From: Henriciella sp.
GTDB lineage: Bacteria; Pseudomonadota; Alphaproteobacteria; Caulobacterales; Hyphomonadaceae
DNA: 64,000 bases
NCBI GenBank assembly: GCA_965212615.1
Contig: OZ243114.1
Coordinates: 3,287,745 to 3,351,744, forward strand
Reading direction: 5' to 3'
The notes beneath the pieces are model-generated. The model was not told the origin of the DNA and did no database searches. It saw only the letters and a list, made by a program, of their open reading frames with translations. Shown piece by piece: positions 47,227 to 57,377 of the stretch. A program made the position numbers and the translations under genes. The number at the start of each line of letters is the position of its first letter. Position 1 is the first letter of the stretch.

Positions 47227-48954
47227 ATGAGCAAGACCTGGGACAAATCCAAACTGCCTTCCCGTCATGTCACCGAAGGCCCGGCCCGTGCGCCGCATCG
47301 CAGCTATTATTACGCCATGGGGCTGTCGACCAAGGACATTCAGAAGCCCTTTGTCGGTGTCGCCAGCTGCTGGAATGAAGCCGCGCCGTGCAATACCGCC
47401 CTGATGCGCCAGGCCCATGCGGTCTCTGAAGGCGTCAAGCAAGCCGACGGCACCCCGCGCGAGTTTTGCACCATCACCGTCACTGATGGCATCGCCATGG
47501 GCCATGAAGGCATGCGCTCGTCGCTGGTCAGCCGCGACTGGATTGCCGACACGGTCGAGCTGACCATGCGCGGGCATTCTTATGATGCGCTGGTCGGTGT
47601 GGCGGGCTGCGACAAGTCTCTACCCGGCATGATGATGGCGATGCTGCGCCTGAACGTGCCGTCTGTCTTCCTGTATGGCGGCTCGATCATGCCAGGCAGT
47701 TTTGAAGGCCGCGATGTCACTGTGCTCGACGTGTTCGAAGCTGTCGGCGCGCATGCAGCCGGCTCGAACGAGATGAGTGATGACAAGCTGCGGGCGCTGG
47801 AAAAGGTGGCGTGTCCGGGCGATGGTGCCTGTGGCGGCCAGTTCACCGCCAATACAATGGCCTGTGTCAGTGAAGCAATTGGGCTGGCATTGCCCTTATC
47901 GTCTGCGTTGCCTGCGCCGTGGACCGATCGCGATGGCTATGCCCGCGAGTCCGGCAAAGTTGTCATGGACCTGGTCGCCAAGAACCTGCGTCCGCGCGAA
48001 ATCTGCACGCGTGAAGCGTTCGAGAACGCGGCCATCGTTGTTGCAGCAACCGGCGGCTCGACCAATGCGGCGCTGCACTTGCCGGCCATGGCACATGAAT
48101 GCGGCGTCGAGTTCACGCTGCGCCATGTTGCCGAAGTGTTCGAACGCACCCCCTACATTGCCGACCTGAAACCAGGCGGGAATTATGTCGCCAAGGATTT
48201 TGGCGAAGCTGGCGGCGTGCCGATGCTGATGAAAACCTTGATGGACGAGAAGATCATCAATTCGGACTGCCTGACCGTGACAGGCAAGAGCTGGGGCGAC
48301 TATCTCGAAGGCGTCGAATTCGACGACACCCAGAAGGTGATCTATCCGGCAGGCAAGCCGATTACCGAAAATGGCGGCGTCGTCGGCCTGTGGGGCTCGC
48401 TCGCGCCGGATGGCGCCATTGTGAAGGTGGCGGGTCTGGAAAAGCTCCAATTCACCGGCAAGGCGCGCGTCTTCGATGGGGAAGAGGCGTGTTTCGAAGC
48501 GGTCTCAAACCGTGAATATGAAGAAGGCGATGTGCTGGTCATCCGCTATGAAGGCCCGAAAGGCGGGCCGGGCATGCGCGAAATGCTGTCGACGACGGCG
48601 GCGATTTACGGCCAGGGCATGGGCGACAAGGTGGCGCTGATCACTGATGGCCGGTTCTCGGGCGCGACCCGTGGATTCTGCATCGGCCATGTCGGCCCGG
48701 AAGCCCAGGAGGGCGGCCCGATCGGACTGATCGAAAATGGCGACATCATCATCATCGATGCCGAAAAAGGCACCATAGATGTCCGCCTGACGCCAGCCGA
48801 GCTGGAAGACCGCAAGCGCAAATGGTCGCCCAGACAGACAAAATACGGCAATGGCACCCTGGCAAAGTTTGCGAAACTGGTCGGCCCGGCCCATCTTGGC
48901 GCGGTAACCCATGAAGGGTTTGCCGGAGAGCGCCATGTCTACGCCGACATCTAA
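47227..48954 (+). CDS. ilvD: Dihydroxy-acid dehydratase (IlvD/EDD family)
   Basis: 575 aa with Fe-S cluster Cys ligands (CDKSLPG, CPGDGAC) and a C-terminal IlvD/EDD signature. Confidence 0.8.
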   Translation: MSKTWDKSKLPSRHVTEGPARAPHRSYYYAMGLSTKDIQKPFVGVASCWNEAAPCNTALMRQAHAVSEGVKQADGTPREFCTITVTDGIAMGHEGMRSSLVSRDWIADTVELTMRGHSYDALVGVAGCDKSLPGMMMAMLRLNVPSVFLYGGSIMPGSFEGRDVTVLDVFEAVGAHAAGSNEMSDDKLRALEKVACPGDGACGGQFTANTMACVSEAIGLALPLSSALPAPWTDRDGYARESGKVVMDLVAKNLRPREICTREAFENAAIVVAATGGSTNAALHLPAMAHECGVEFTLRHVAEVFERTPYIADLKPGGNYVAKDFGEAGGVPMLMKTLMDEKIINSDCLTVTGKSWGDYLEGVEFDDTQKVIYPAGKPITENGGVVGLWGSLAPDGAIVKVAGLEKLQFTGKARVFDGEEACFEAVSNREYEEGDVLVIRYEGPKGGPGMREMLSTTAAIYGQGMGDKVALITDGRFSGATRGFCIGHVGPEAQEGGPIGLIENGDIIIIDAEKGTIDVRLTPAELEDRKRKWSPRQTKYGNGTLAKFAKLVGPAHLGAVTHEGFAGERHVYADI

Positions 48955-49969
48955 AAGTCCCTGGGACGAGACCGACATAGATCAGCTGATCCTGCAGTCC
49001 ATGCGCGGACTGCCTAAGGATTTTGCCGACTTTCCGCGCATCTTTGTTGAAGAGTTGCAACCGGCCCTGCAAGCCGAAGAGGGGGCGCGGCAGGCGGCTG
49101 CCAGGTCGTCGCTGCGCTGGACCTGGATTGGCGTCGGGGTGGCCTTGCTCGGCGCTGTGTTCGGGGTCTTGGTGTTTCGTGTGCCGCAGCTGGCGCTGGT
49201 GGCTGGCGTGATCGGATTTGCTGTGCACGGCGCCGGACGCGGGCCGCTGAACCAGATCGGCAAGCGGGCCAAATCGCTGATCGTCAATCCGGTTGCGGCG
49301 CAATTCGGCCTGAGCTTCGATCCTGAACCCGGGCCGCAAAACAGCGTCATTGACCTGAACGAGGCGGGCCTGCTGTCGAACTGGGACCGGGCCAGTTATG
49401 AAGATCGCCTTGAGGGGCATCGCAATGGCGTCGACTTCCTGTTCTTCGAAGCGCATCTGGAAGAGCGGCGCCGGACGACGGACTCCCGCGGGCGCACCCG
49501 GACGCGCTGGGTGACGGTGTTTCGCGGGCAGTGTTTGCGCTTTCGGTTTCACAAGGCATTTGCCGGGCGCACCCTGGTGCTGCGCGATGCAGGCCTGTTC
49601 AACATCTTTGGCGGTGGCCGCGGCCTGGAACAGGTGAAGCTGGAATCAAACGTGTTCGAACAGGCCTTCCAGGTCTATTCGAACGATCAGGTTGAGGCGC
49701 GCTTCCTGCTGACGCCGGACCTGATGCAGCGCCTGATCGAGCTGGAAAAGGTATTCCATGGTGGCAAGCTGCGCTGCGCGTTCCAGAACGGCGAGCTGCT
49801 GATCGCGCTCGAGGGCGGCGACCTGTTCGAGCCTGGCAGCTTGTTCACGCCGCTGGATAATCCCGACCGGGTGCGCGAATTGCTTGATGATTTCGCTGCG
49901 ATCTTCAACCTGATCGACGCCTTTGCTGACCCGGAAGAGGTGGCGAAGGCGCGCCGCGACCCGACTTGA
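48935..49969 (+). CDS. DUF3137-like hypothetical membrane-associated protein
   Basis: The start overlaps the ilvD stop by 20 nt. One hydrophobic helix pair is present. No catalytic motif was recognised. Confidence 0.5.
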   Translation: MSTPTSKSPWDETDIDQLILQSMRGLPKDFADFPRIFVEELQPALQAEEGARQAAARSSLRWTWIGVGVALLGAVFGVLVFRVPQLALVAGVIGFAVHGAGRGPLNQIGKRAKSLIVNPVAAQFGLSFDPEPGPQNSVIDLNEAGLLSNWDRASYEDRLEGHRNGVDFLFFEAHLEERRRTTDSRGRTRTRWVTVFRGQCLRFRFHKAFAGRTLVLRDAGLFNIFGGGRGLEQVKLESNVFEQAFQVYSNDQVEARFLLTPDLMQRLIELEKVFHGGKLRCAFQNGELLIALEGGDLFEPGSLFTPLDNPDRVRELLDDFAAIFNLIDAFADPEEVAKARRDPT

Positions 49970-49995
49970 AGCCGGGGCGGGCGCGCTGCATCGCC

Positions 49996-50832
49996 TTATC
50001 CCATCTGTTCGGTTTCCTGGATGCCGTCCGGGGTGATCTTGAACCGTTCGGCGGCAAAGCCATGGTCGAGCATGAAGCGCGACAATGACCTGTAGGTGAC
50101 GGTGTAAATCGGTTTGCCGCGATGGTCGGCGAGTTTCAGACGCTCATCTGCAAGCGGCCCGAACACGCGCGCCAGCAAGCCGGTCTTCAGACGGTCAGCT
50201 TGGAAATGCTCGTTCAAGTTCGCCTTGATCTGGGCATAGTCTGTGGTCTCCCAGACCGCACCTGCGATAACGTCGAGGATGAACTCATTGCAGTTCTGGT
50301 AGCGATCATCGAAAGGAGAGGCGACGAGTGAATAATCCGGGTCATGCAGAGCCTGATAACGCCCATCCTGCATCATTTTCAGGATGCGCGTCTGGACCAC
50401 CGGGGTCGGAATGATCACGGCGAGATCCTCGACCGCTGAAGCGCTGACAAACTCAAATGGAAAATCAGTTTCGAGATAAGACTGGATCTTTGGCAGCGTC
50501 TCGCCATCGCCGTGGAACAGATTGTGGCCGACATAGCCGCGCATCAGCTCGCCGGTCTCGGTCTGGATGGCCTGATAGACCCAGAATCCGCCATGGGTAT
50601 AGTCGACGCCTTCAGGCAGGCGGTCGCGGGTGCGCCCGGTGCGAAACACAATCGCGACGCGCGCGCCCTTGGCGCCCAAGGTCTGTTCGATCGACTTGGA
50701 AAAGGCAGCCGCCGCTTCAGGGCTGAAATGCTCGGTGACCACGGCGCTGCCGGACCCGCTATCTGCAGCCGCGACCGGCGCGGCGAACGTCAGTGCGAGG
50801 CCGGCCAGAAGGCAACGTGCGGCACTGATCAT
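49996..50832 (-). CDS. Secreted hypothetical protein (DUF2145-like)
   Basis: Signal peptide MISAARCLLAGLALTFAAPVAAA. Confidence 0.55.
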   Translation of the reverse strand: MISAARCLLAGLALTFAAPVAAADSGSGSAVVTEHFSPEAAAAFSKSIEQTLGAKGARVAIVFRTGRTRDRLPEGVDYTHGGFWVYQAIQTETGELMRGYVGHNLFHGDGETLPKIQSYLETDFPFEFVSASAVEDLAVIIPTPVVQTRILKMMQDGRYQALHDPDYSLVASPFDDRYQNCNEFILDVIAGAVWETTDYAQIKANLNEHFQADRLKTGLLARVFGPLADERLKLADHRGKPIYTVTYRSLSRFMLDHGFAAERFKITPDGIQETEQMG

Positions 50833-51170
50833 GGCTCTTCTCCCTCAGGGGTGTCTGATACGGGCGGGGTCAGATCCGGCAGCGGCTGCGCGACCACCAC
50901 GGCCGCGTCGACTTTTAACGGGGTGTTGGCGGCATCCCACAAGTCTGCGGAGATATCAGTGGCGGCCTCACCGCCGGCCTCTGCCAGAGCGCCCAGTCCG
51001 GCCAGGGGTACGGCCACAGCGCCGAGTGCGACCTGACCGCCAGAGGCGACAATGCGCGCCGACGCCTCTGCCGAATCGGCGGTGGCGTCCGACATGTTCT
51101 GAAAGCTGTCTGCCATTGCGACGGGCGCTGACAGCGCGGCGGCGATGAGAAGAATGGATTTTGTTGACAT
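50829..51170 (-). CDS. Small secreted Ala-rich hypothetical protein
   Basis: Starts at MSTKSILLIAAALSAPVAMA (signal peptide). The longer upstream extension was rejected because it would cover the operator-like inverted repeat. Confidence 0.45.
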   Translation of the reverse strand: MSTKSILLIAAALSAPVAMADSFQNMSDATADSAEASARIVASGGQVALGAVAVPLAGLGALAEAGGEAATDISADLWDAANTPLKVDAAVVVAQPLPDLTPPVSDTPEGEEP

Positions 51171-51184
51171 AGCGATCTCCTTGC

Positions 51185-51238
51185 TAGTGAGCGCTTGCAT
51201 ACAATGGAAGCGCGCCAGATGCAAGTAAGCGCTCACTA
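51185..51238. promoter_or_regulatory. Long imperfect inverted repeat TAGTGAGCGCTTGCAT-N18-ATGCAAG(TA)AGCGCTCACTA between two divergent small secreted-protein genes
   Basis: Read directly from the sequence. The arms are 16 to 20 bp. Confidence 0.45.
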
Positions 51239-51366
51239 TTTGTTCGGCATGGCTTGCGTCGAAATTCAGGGGGCGGTGATTTCTGCCGCAAAAAAGACTT
51301 GGTACGGCAATATCGAGGCACCTATGTTCAGAAAAGCTTCAGGTCTCGCTGCGTAGAGAAACTTGC

Positions 51367-51732
51367 ATGAAACCAATGATTTCCGCCCTTGGCGCATTCA
51401 GCGCTTTTTTCGTTCTGGCTGTCCCGACAGCAAATGCGCTCACCTGTTCGCAACAAGCGACGCAATTGCAGGACAAGCAAGCCGCGGCGCAAGCCATGGC
51501 TGAGGCCCGTGTGTCTCTGGTTGAAGATGTGGAGGCGGCCGGCGATGCCTGGGAGAATGCCGAAGCCTTGCGCAATTTCGGCGAGGCGCAGGCGGCCGAG
51601 GCTGATGCGACCAAGGCGGTTTATGAGACGCTGAAAGCCGACCTGGTGGACAAGGAATCGACGCTGCAAATGCTGGTCGTGTCCCTCAATGATGAGGTGA
51701 CTGCCTACAATACCAGATGTGTCCGGAACTAA
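51367..51732 (+). CDS. Small secreted hypothetical protein with two Cys residues
   Basis: Signal peptide MKPMISALGAFSAFFVLAVPTANA. The Cys residues are near the N-terminus of the mature protein and the C-terminus. Confidence 0.5.
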   Translation: MKPMISALGAFSAFFVLAVPTANALTCSQQATQLQDKQAAAQAMAEARVSLVEDVEAAGDAWENAEALRNFGEAQAAEADATKAVYETLKADLVDKESTLQMLVVSLNDEVTAYNTRCVRN

Positions 51733-51736
51733 GCGC

Positions 51737-52516
51737 CTAATCTCGCAGCGAGACGATCACCGGCACATGGTCTGACGGTTTTTCCAGCCCTCGCGCCTTG
51801 CGATAGATCTCGACACTTTCGAGCCGATCGGCCGCTTGCGGACTGAGCAGGTGATGGTCGATGCGGATGCCGTGATCCTTCTGCCAGGCGCCGCCTTGAT
51901 AATCCCAGAACGAGTATTGGTGGCCGCGATTATCGGTTGCTTCAAACGCTTCGGTGAGGCCGAGATTTGTCAGCCGCCGGAATGCTGCACGGCTCTGTGG
52001 CAGAGCCAGCGCATCATCCGCCCATACGGTTTCTTCCCAGCAATCCTCGCTGCGCGGGATGATATTGTAATCGCCGCACAGAATCGCTGGTTCCTCGGCT
52101 TTGAGCAGCTCGCTCGCATGGATCTTGAGCTTGTCCATCCAGTCGAGCTTGTAATCATATTTCGGGCCCGGCGCCGGATTGCCGTTGGGCAGGTAGAGGC
52201 CGCCGACACGGACCGGATTGTCGGCCAGCACCAGCGCCTCGATATAGCGGGCCTGGTCATCTGCTTCATTGCCGGGCAGGCCCTTGACCACGTCTTCCAG
52301 TGGAAACCGCGACAGCATGGCGACGCCATTATAGCTCTTCTGGCCATGCGCCTCGACATTATAGCCGAGCTCTTCGATCTCCATGTACGGAAAGGCGTCG
52401 GTCTCGCATTTGATTTCCTGCAAGCAGATGACATCGCAATCGATGGCCTTGAGCACTTCGATCACCGTGGGCAGGCGGGCTTTGATGGAATTGACGTTCC
52501 AGGTCGCGATTTTCAT
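51737..52516 (-). CDS. xthA: Exodeoxyribonuclease III
   Basis: MKIATWNVNSI start. 259 aa with the EEP nuclease fold. Confidence 0.9.
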   Translation of the reverse strand: MKIATWNVNSIKARLPTVIEVLKAIDCDVICLQEIKCETDAFPYMEIEELGYNVEAHGQKSYNGVAMLSRFPLEDVVKGLPGNEADDQARYIEALVLADNPVRVGGLYLPNGNPAPGPKYDYKLDWMDKLKIHASELLKAEEPAILCGDYNIIPRSEDCWEETVWADDALALPQSRAAFRRLTNLGLTEAFEATDNRGHQYSFWDYQGGAWQKDHGIRIDHHLLSPQAADRLESVEIYRKARGLEKPSDHVPVIVSLRD

Positions 52517-52566
52517 GGCTTCTGTTTAGCGCGGTTTGTCAGAAGCGCCAGCCTCGGAATTCGGGC

Positions 52567-52615
52567 TTGACATGAAACGATTTAGTTTCCTATAAAAGGA
52601 AACAAAAAGGTTTCA
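52567..52615 (+). promoter_or_regulatory. Sigma70-like promoter (TTGACA-N18-TATAAA) overlapped by nested palindromes ATGAAAC...GTTTCC-TATAAAA-GGAAAC...GTTTCAT; a putative ArsR-family operator
   Basis: Read directly from the sequence. It lies immediately upstream of the arsR-like start codon at 52620. Confidence 0.55.
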
Positions 52616-52619
52616 TATC

Positions 52620-52934
52620 ATGACTGAGCAAATGGTGTTCAGAGCAATTTCCGATCCGACGCGGCGGTCGATCATGGCGTTGCTGGCAGGCAAGGAGCAG
52701 TCCCTGAACGAGATTGCTGCAAACTTTGAGATGACGCGCCCGGCGGTCACCAAGCATCTGAAAATCCTCGAGCAGGGCGGTTTGATCCGCATCCGCACCA
52801 GCGGCCGCGAACGGCTGCACCGTTTGCAGCCTGAAACGCTCAAGACCGTCGCTGACTGGCTAAGATTCTTCAGCCAGTTCTGGGACGAGAAACTCGCAGA
52901 TCTCAAACAAGCAGTGGAGGCTGATGATGACTAA
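52620..52934 (+). CDS. ArsR/SmtB-family transcriptional regulator
   Basis: 104 aa with the HTH LNEIAANFEMTRPAVTKHLKILEQGGLI. Confidence 0.85.
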   Translation: MTEQMVFRAISDPTRRSIMALLAGKEQSLNEIAANFEMTRPAVTKHLKILEQGGLIRIRTSGRERLHRLQPETLKTVADWLRFFSQFWDEKLADLKQAVEADDD

Positions 52935-53334
52935 ACCGGTGATGGTGAAAACAATTTACCTGAAGGCCGATCCAGAGAAGGTCTGGCGCTATATCACCCA
53001 GAAGGAAAAGCTCGCGCAATGGTTTCACGAAACCGATCGCGATCTCAGCGCGCCGGCCTCCTTTCAATATTACAGCTTCCATGACGACAAAGCGGATCGC
53101 AAGCTGATGTGGGGCGATGTTCTGGAAGTCGACCCGCCACACAAGCTGGTGCACACATTCACGCATCAATGGCTGGATGGCATCATCACCACCGTCACCT
53201 GGGAGCTGCTGGCGGTCGAGGGCGGCACGCAGCTGACCCTGACCCATGAAGGCATCACCACATTTGGCGAACTGACCGGGCATGACAAAGGCTGGGACGA
53301 GCACTTGCTGCGCTTGCGGATGATGCTCAGCTAG
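52924..53334 (+). CDS. SRPBCC (AHSA1/START-like) domain protein, cotranscribed with arsR
   Basis: 136 aa. It overlaps the arsR stop, which is the classic ArsR-SRPBCC pair. Confidence 0.8.
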   Translation: MMTKPVMVKTIYLKADPEKVWRYITQKEKLAQWFHETDRDLSAPASFQYYSFHDDKADRKLMWGDVLEVDPPHKLVHTFTHQWLDGIITTVTWELLAVEGGTQLTLTHEGITTFGELTGHDKGWDEHLLRLRMMLS

Positions 53335-53914
53335 GCAGGAATCGGAACCGGCGCTTGTCGCCATAAGCCCAGATGCGGCTGTCCTCGAGCGTGCCGAGGC
53401 CGATATTGTGGATGGCTTTCCACCGGCCGCGCCCATCCTTGCGACTGGAGAGAATGCCGATATGCGGCAGGCGGCCGCCGACCCGGCAGGTCATCAGGTC
53501 GCCAGGTTGCCAGTCTGAAGCAGGCAATTCATGGCCATGCCGGCGCAACCAGGTTTCGACATTCGGGACCCGCCTATGGTCGATGTTCCGGTCGGTCCGG
53601 GTCAGGCCCCAGCGCTTGGGATAGGCGCTGAAATGAGCGGCCATGTCCTCATGCACATGTTGCTGGAAGTCGAAGGCAAAGGCTTCGCGATAAGCCCGGA
53701 TGATGACATCGATACAGACCCCGCGATCTGCCGGCACGTCGCCGCCGGGATAATCGAGTGCGACATAGGCCCCGTCATACCGCGTGGTGACACCGATCTG
53801 TGTGCGGGCCTTGACGATCAGGCTGGCCGCCTTGGTCTCGTGCCGGGAAGCGACGCTCGGCAGGAGCGGCAAGGAAAACAGGCTGGCAAGCGTCGATCGG
53901 CGGGTCAGGTCCAT
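53327..53914 (-). CDS. DUF1287-family protein with a Tat signal
   Basis: Twin-arginine motif TRRSTLASL. Confidence 0.6.
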   Translation of the reverse strand: MDLTRRSTLASLFSLPLLPSVASRHETKAASLIVKARTQIGVTTRYDGAYVALDYPGGDVPADRGVCIDVIIRAYREAFAFDFQQHVHEDMAAHFSAYPKRWGLTRTDRNIDHRRVPNVETWLRRHGHELPASDWQPGDLMTCRVGGRLPHIGILSSRKDGRGRWKAIHNIGLGTLEDSRIWAYGDKRRFRFLPS

Positions 53915-53962
53915 CGCTGCAGCGTGCCCGGCCAGTGTGGCGTGAATGGGGAGGGAAAAGGG

Positions 53963-54634
53963 CTAAAACCCTCTTAGCTCTGCAAACTCTTCCAGCTCTG
54001 CGCGCTCGGTATAGAGCTGGTTCACCGGATCATCCTTGTCCGGGATGCCGACCGCCATGCCGCACCAGACCATCTCATGCTCATCCAGGCCAAAATGTTC
54101 CTTCAGGCTTGGGCGCAGGATGCCCCAGCATTCCTGCATGCAAGTGCCCCAGCCGCGCTCTTCAGCCAGCAGGGCCAGGGTCTGCATCAGCATGCCAGTA
54201 TGGCCCCATTGGCCATGGCCGACCCGTTCATCCAGGACAAAAAACAAAGCGACTGGCGCATTGAAGAAATTGTAATTGCGCATGAACCAGGCCATCCGAC
54301 CGGGCTTGTCGTCGCGCGGAATGCCGATCTTTTCATACATCATCTCGCCAACCCGGAACCGGCGGGCATTTTGAGCCTCGGTGATATGGTCCGGATAGAT
54401 CGGGCGATCGGTCGGTTCACCGCGCGGATTGCCGGACAGTTTCGCAGCGGCGAGTTGCACGACTTTGTCGCGCGCTTCACCAGTGACGGCGATCACACGC
54501 CAGGGCTGCAGGTTGCCGCCAGAGGGCGAGCGCTGGGCATCTTTCAGCCATTGCTCGACATCGGCCTTGGGCAGCGGCGTGTCGAGAAACCCCCGGGTTG
54601 AAATGCGTTGCTTGACGGCCGTGCTGACATCCAT
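53963..54634 (-). CDS. Nitroreductase-family FMN oxidoreductase
   Basis: 223 aa with a nitroreductase-fold N-terminus (KQRISTRGF...SPSGGNLQPW). Confidence 0.8.
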   Translation of the reverse strand: MDVSTAVKQRISTRGFLDTPLPKADVEQWLKDAQRSPSGGNLQPWRVIAVTGEARDKVVQLAAAKLSGNPRGEPTDRPIYPDHITEAQNARRFRVGEMMYEKIGIPRDDKPGRMAWFMRNYNFFNAPVALFFVLDERVGHGQWGHTGMLMQTLALLAEERGWGTCMQECWGILRPSLKEHFGLDEHEMVWCGMAVGIPDKDDPVNQLYTERAELEEFAELRGF

Positions 54635-54816
54635 CTTGCGTTACCTCATGTCTATTCGATCCTGACCTTACAAGCCCGCCGGGCACAGACTAGGGGTCTC
54701 GCGGCGAGAAGCTGAGGCGGCCACCTGCGATTGCCGGATCTGACAGGCGAAAAATCCGGCCGAGAATGGATCATTGCTTGTCCGAACACAGGCCGCAAAT
54801 CGAGCGAGGGCGAGAC

Positions 54817-55326
54817 ATGATCATCGATACAATCACCGCAAAAGCTGCCGGTCGCCTGATCGGCCTGATGGCGGGCGTGACTTGCGTGGCCGGTTTGGCT
54901 GCGACGGCGGATACAGCCCATCCCGTGCGCTATTTGCATTTGCAGAATGATGGCAATTACACGATCAGCGACATTGAGCTGAAATGGATCACGCCTGAGG
55001 GCGATCACAAGTCGAACAAATTCACCAAGGATCTGAGCAAAGCCCGCGGGTTCTGCCTCGATCTGGAAAAATTCGGCGATGTTCCGGATGGCTCGGAAGT
55101 CTGGTTGAAGGCGTATATCGCGCTCGGCGATAATGAGAGTTGTCGAAAGGACAATCCGCGAATTTACCAGGCAGGCCTGCCGCAAAGCAGCTATACCTAT
55201 ACCCAGCAGTACAAAATGGGGGGGCAAACCCTCACCAATAATATGTGCAAGCTTTCGAGCGGCACAGAAGGCAAGACCGAATCGACAAATGACACCGGCA
55301 ACTCGACTGACTGTCCGTATCAGTGA
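54817..55326 (+). CDS. Small secreted Cys-containing hypothetical protein; slightly lower GC than its surroundings
   Basis: Signal peptide MIIDTITAKAAGRLIGLMAGVTCVAGLAATA. It has four Cys residues and a polar, Asn/Thr-rich C-terminus. Confidence 0.5.
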   Translation: MIIDTITAKAAGRLIGLMAGVTCVAGLAATADTAHPVRYLHLQNDGNYTISDIELKWITPEGDHKSNKFTKDLSKARGFCLDLEKFGDVPDGSEVWLKAYIALGDNESCRKDNPRIYQAGLPQSSYTYTQQYKMGGQTLTNNMCKLSSGTEGKTESTNDTGNSTDCPYQ

Positions 55327-55348
55327 GGCGTGGCCTGCGCGGGGGGCG

Positions 55349-55879
55349 TCAAGCGGCGTTGATTCGCTGCACGATCAGTGAAGCCGCCATTTCAGGATCG
55401 GTTTGTTCCGTATCAATGACAAGGTCGGGCGCCGGCATGGCTTTGGTGCTGGCTTCGAACTGATCCAGATTGGCTTTCAGGATCTCGACATCGCGCAGCT
55501 TGCCGAACTTGGCGCGATCCAGATTGGCAACGCGCTCAAGCTGTCCTTCGCGTGACAGCTGAAGGTGCACGAAAGTCACCTGGCCACCCGCGCCTTCGAC
55601 CACGTTCTGGACCTGCGCCGGGAAGTCCGGATTGACCGAGTTTTCCGGCTGGAAGGTGAAGATCAGGGATTTTCCTTCTGCTGCCGCGGCTTCGAACATG
55701 TCGGTCCAGAATTGTTCCCGCAGGCGCATGAAATTCTCGCTCCCGAATGGGAACACTGCGGCGACGGCATCGACCACGAGATGATTGTGAAACAACGGCA
55801 GGCCGGTCAGCTCTGCGACGCGGCGCGAAACCGTATATTTGCCGGCAGCGGGCGGGCCATAGACAAAGATCAAGTGCAT
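55349..55879 (-). CDS. P-loop NTPase (AAA/shikimate-kinase-like small kinase)
   Basis: Walker A motif GPPAAGKYT. It lies 7 bp downstream of the M20 gene, so the two form an operon. Confidence 0.6.
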   Translation of the reverse strand: MHLIFVYGPPAAGKYTVSRRVAELTGLPLFHNHLVVDAVAAVFPFGSENFMRLREQFWTDMFEAAAAEGKSLIFTFQPENSVNPDFPAQVQNVVEGAGGQVTFVHLQLSREGQLERVANLDRAKFGKLRDVEILKANLDQFEASTKAMPAPDLVIDTEQTDPEMAASLIVQRINAA

Positions 55880-55885
55880 GCGCGA

Positions 55886-57277
55886 TCAGCCATCCTGAAA
55901 CAGCGCCAGCGCCGTAGCTGTCATGCTCTTCACACCGGTCTCGATGGTTGGCGCGTAATCTGGCGCAAAGAAGGGGGAGTGCAAGGAGGGCAGGCCGAGT
56001 GCGCTATCTTGCGCGGCTTGCCATTTGTCAGGCTCCACCGCGCCGACCCAGAAGATCATGCTCGGGATCTTGGCATCCGTGCGGCCATATTGGCTGAAAT
56101 CCTCGCCGCCCATGACCGGATCGACCTCGGAGATATTGTCAGCGCCGATCACGGCGCCGATTGCGGCTGCGGCTTTGGCCGACAGGTCCGGGTCATTATA
56201 GGTCGACGGGGTGTAATCCGGTTCGATGAAAATGTCCGGCTCCGGCGCGCCGAAAGCCAGCGCCTGGGCCTTGGCGATGCGTTTGATACCGTCCAGCAGC
56301 ATGGCGCGCGTCTCGTCATCATAAGAGCGTACGGTCAGCAGCAGTTTGGCTTCATCGGAAATGATATTGTGCTTGGCACCGGCCTGGAACGATCCCACCG
56401 TGACCACAGCCGGGGTCTGCGGATTGACATTGCGCGAGACCAGAGTCTGGATCGCGGTGACAATCGAGGCCCCGACCACGACCGGGTCCTTGGTCGTATG
56501 CGGATAGGCGCCATGTCCGCCGACACCTTTGACGGTGATATCGACGCTGTCGACATTGGCCAGGGCAAAACCGGAAGAATAGGCGACCTTGCCGCTCGGC
56601 ACACTGGCCGAGACGTGCAGGGCAAGATTGTAATCCGGCTGCGGGAAGCGCTCGAACAGGCCATCGGCAATCATCGCCTGGGCGCCATTGCCAAGCTCTT
56701 CAGCCGGCTGTGCGATCATGATCAGGGTGCCTGACCAGTCATCCTTGGCAGCAATCAGTTCGCGCGCCGTACCGACCCAGCTGGTCATGTGGATGTCGTG
56801 CCCGCAAGCATGCATGACGCCATTGGTGACGCCGGTCCAGGTCTCGTCAATGATGCGCGAGGCGTGCGGCACACCAGTCCGCTCGGCCACGGGCAGCGCG
56901 TCCATGTCAGCGCGAATGAGCACAGTCGGCCCGTCGCCATTGCGATAGACGCCGACCACGCCATAACCGCCAACCCCGTCGCGCACGACGCCATTGTCGC
57001 GCAAGGACTTCGCCTTGGTCCACGCATCGCCAAGGCCCGTGGTCACTTCAAATCCGAGGCTTTGCAGTTCATTGGCCATAATCGTCGAGGAGCGGACTTC
57101 CTTGAACGACAATTCCGGATTGGCGTGAAAATAGGTGTAGAGGTCGATCAGATTGGTTCCGGCAGTCGGCATATCGGCCGTGATTTCGACCCTCTGAGAG
57201 CTGTCCTGTGCGTGCGCACAAGCCCCCAGGACAGCGGCAATGGCGATTGAAGAGATTACTGGAACCGATCGAAACAT
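55886..57277 (-). CDS. Secreted M20-family amidohydrolase/peptidase (hippurate hydrolase-like)
   Basis: Signal peptide present. M20 metal-binding motifs (MHACGHD and the His/Glu ligands). Confidence 0.85.
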   Translation of the reverse strand: MFRSVPVISSIAIAAVLGACAHAQDSSQRVEITADMPTAGTNLIDLYTYFHANPELSFKEVRSSTIMANELQSLGFEVTTGLGDAWTKAKSLRDNGVVRDGVGGYGVVGVYRNGDGPTVLIRADMDALPVAERTGVPHASRIIDETWTGVTNGVMHACGHDIHMTSWVGTARELIAAKDDWSGTLIMIAQPAEELGNGAQAMIADGLFERFPQPDYNLALHVSASVPSGKVAYSSGFALANVDSVDITVKGVGGHGAYPHTTKDPVVVGASIVTAIQTLVSRNVNPQTPAVVTVGSFQAGAKHNIISDEAKLLLTVRSYDDETRAMLLDGIKRIAKAQALAFGAPEPDIFIEPDYTPSTYNDPDLSAKAAAAIGAVIGADNISEVDPVMGGEDFSQYGRTDAKIPSMIFWVGAVEPDKWQAAQDSALGLPSLHSPFFAPDYAPTIETGVKSMTATALALFQDG

Positions 57278-57377
57278 GAGGCCTCACTTATCAGCATATT
57301 AAGGTAACCGTGCCATGGTGACGGCAATGATTGTGGAAGACAAGGGGGGCGCAGGCACGCGCGCCCGAAGGGTGATT

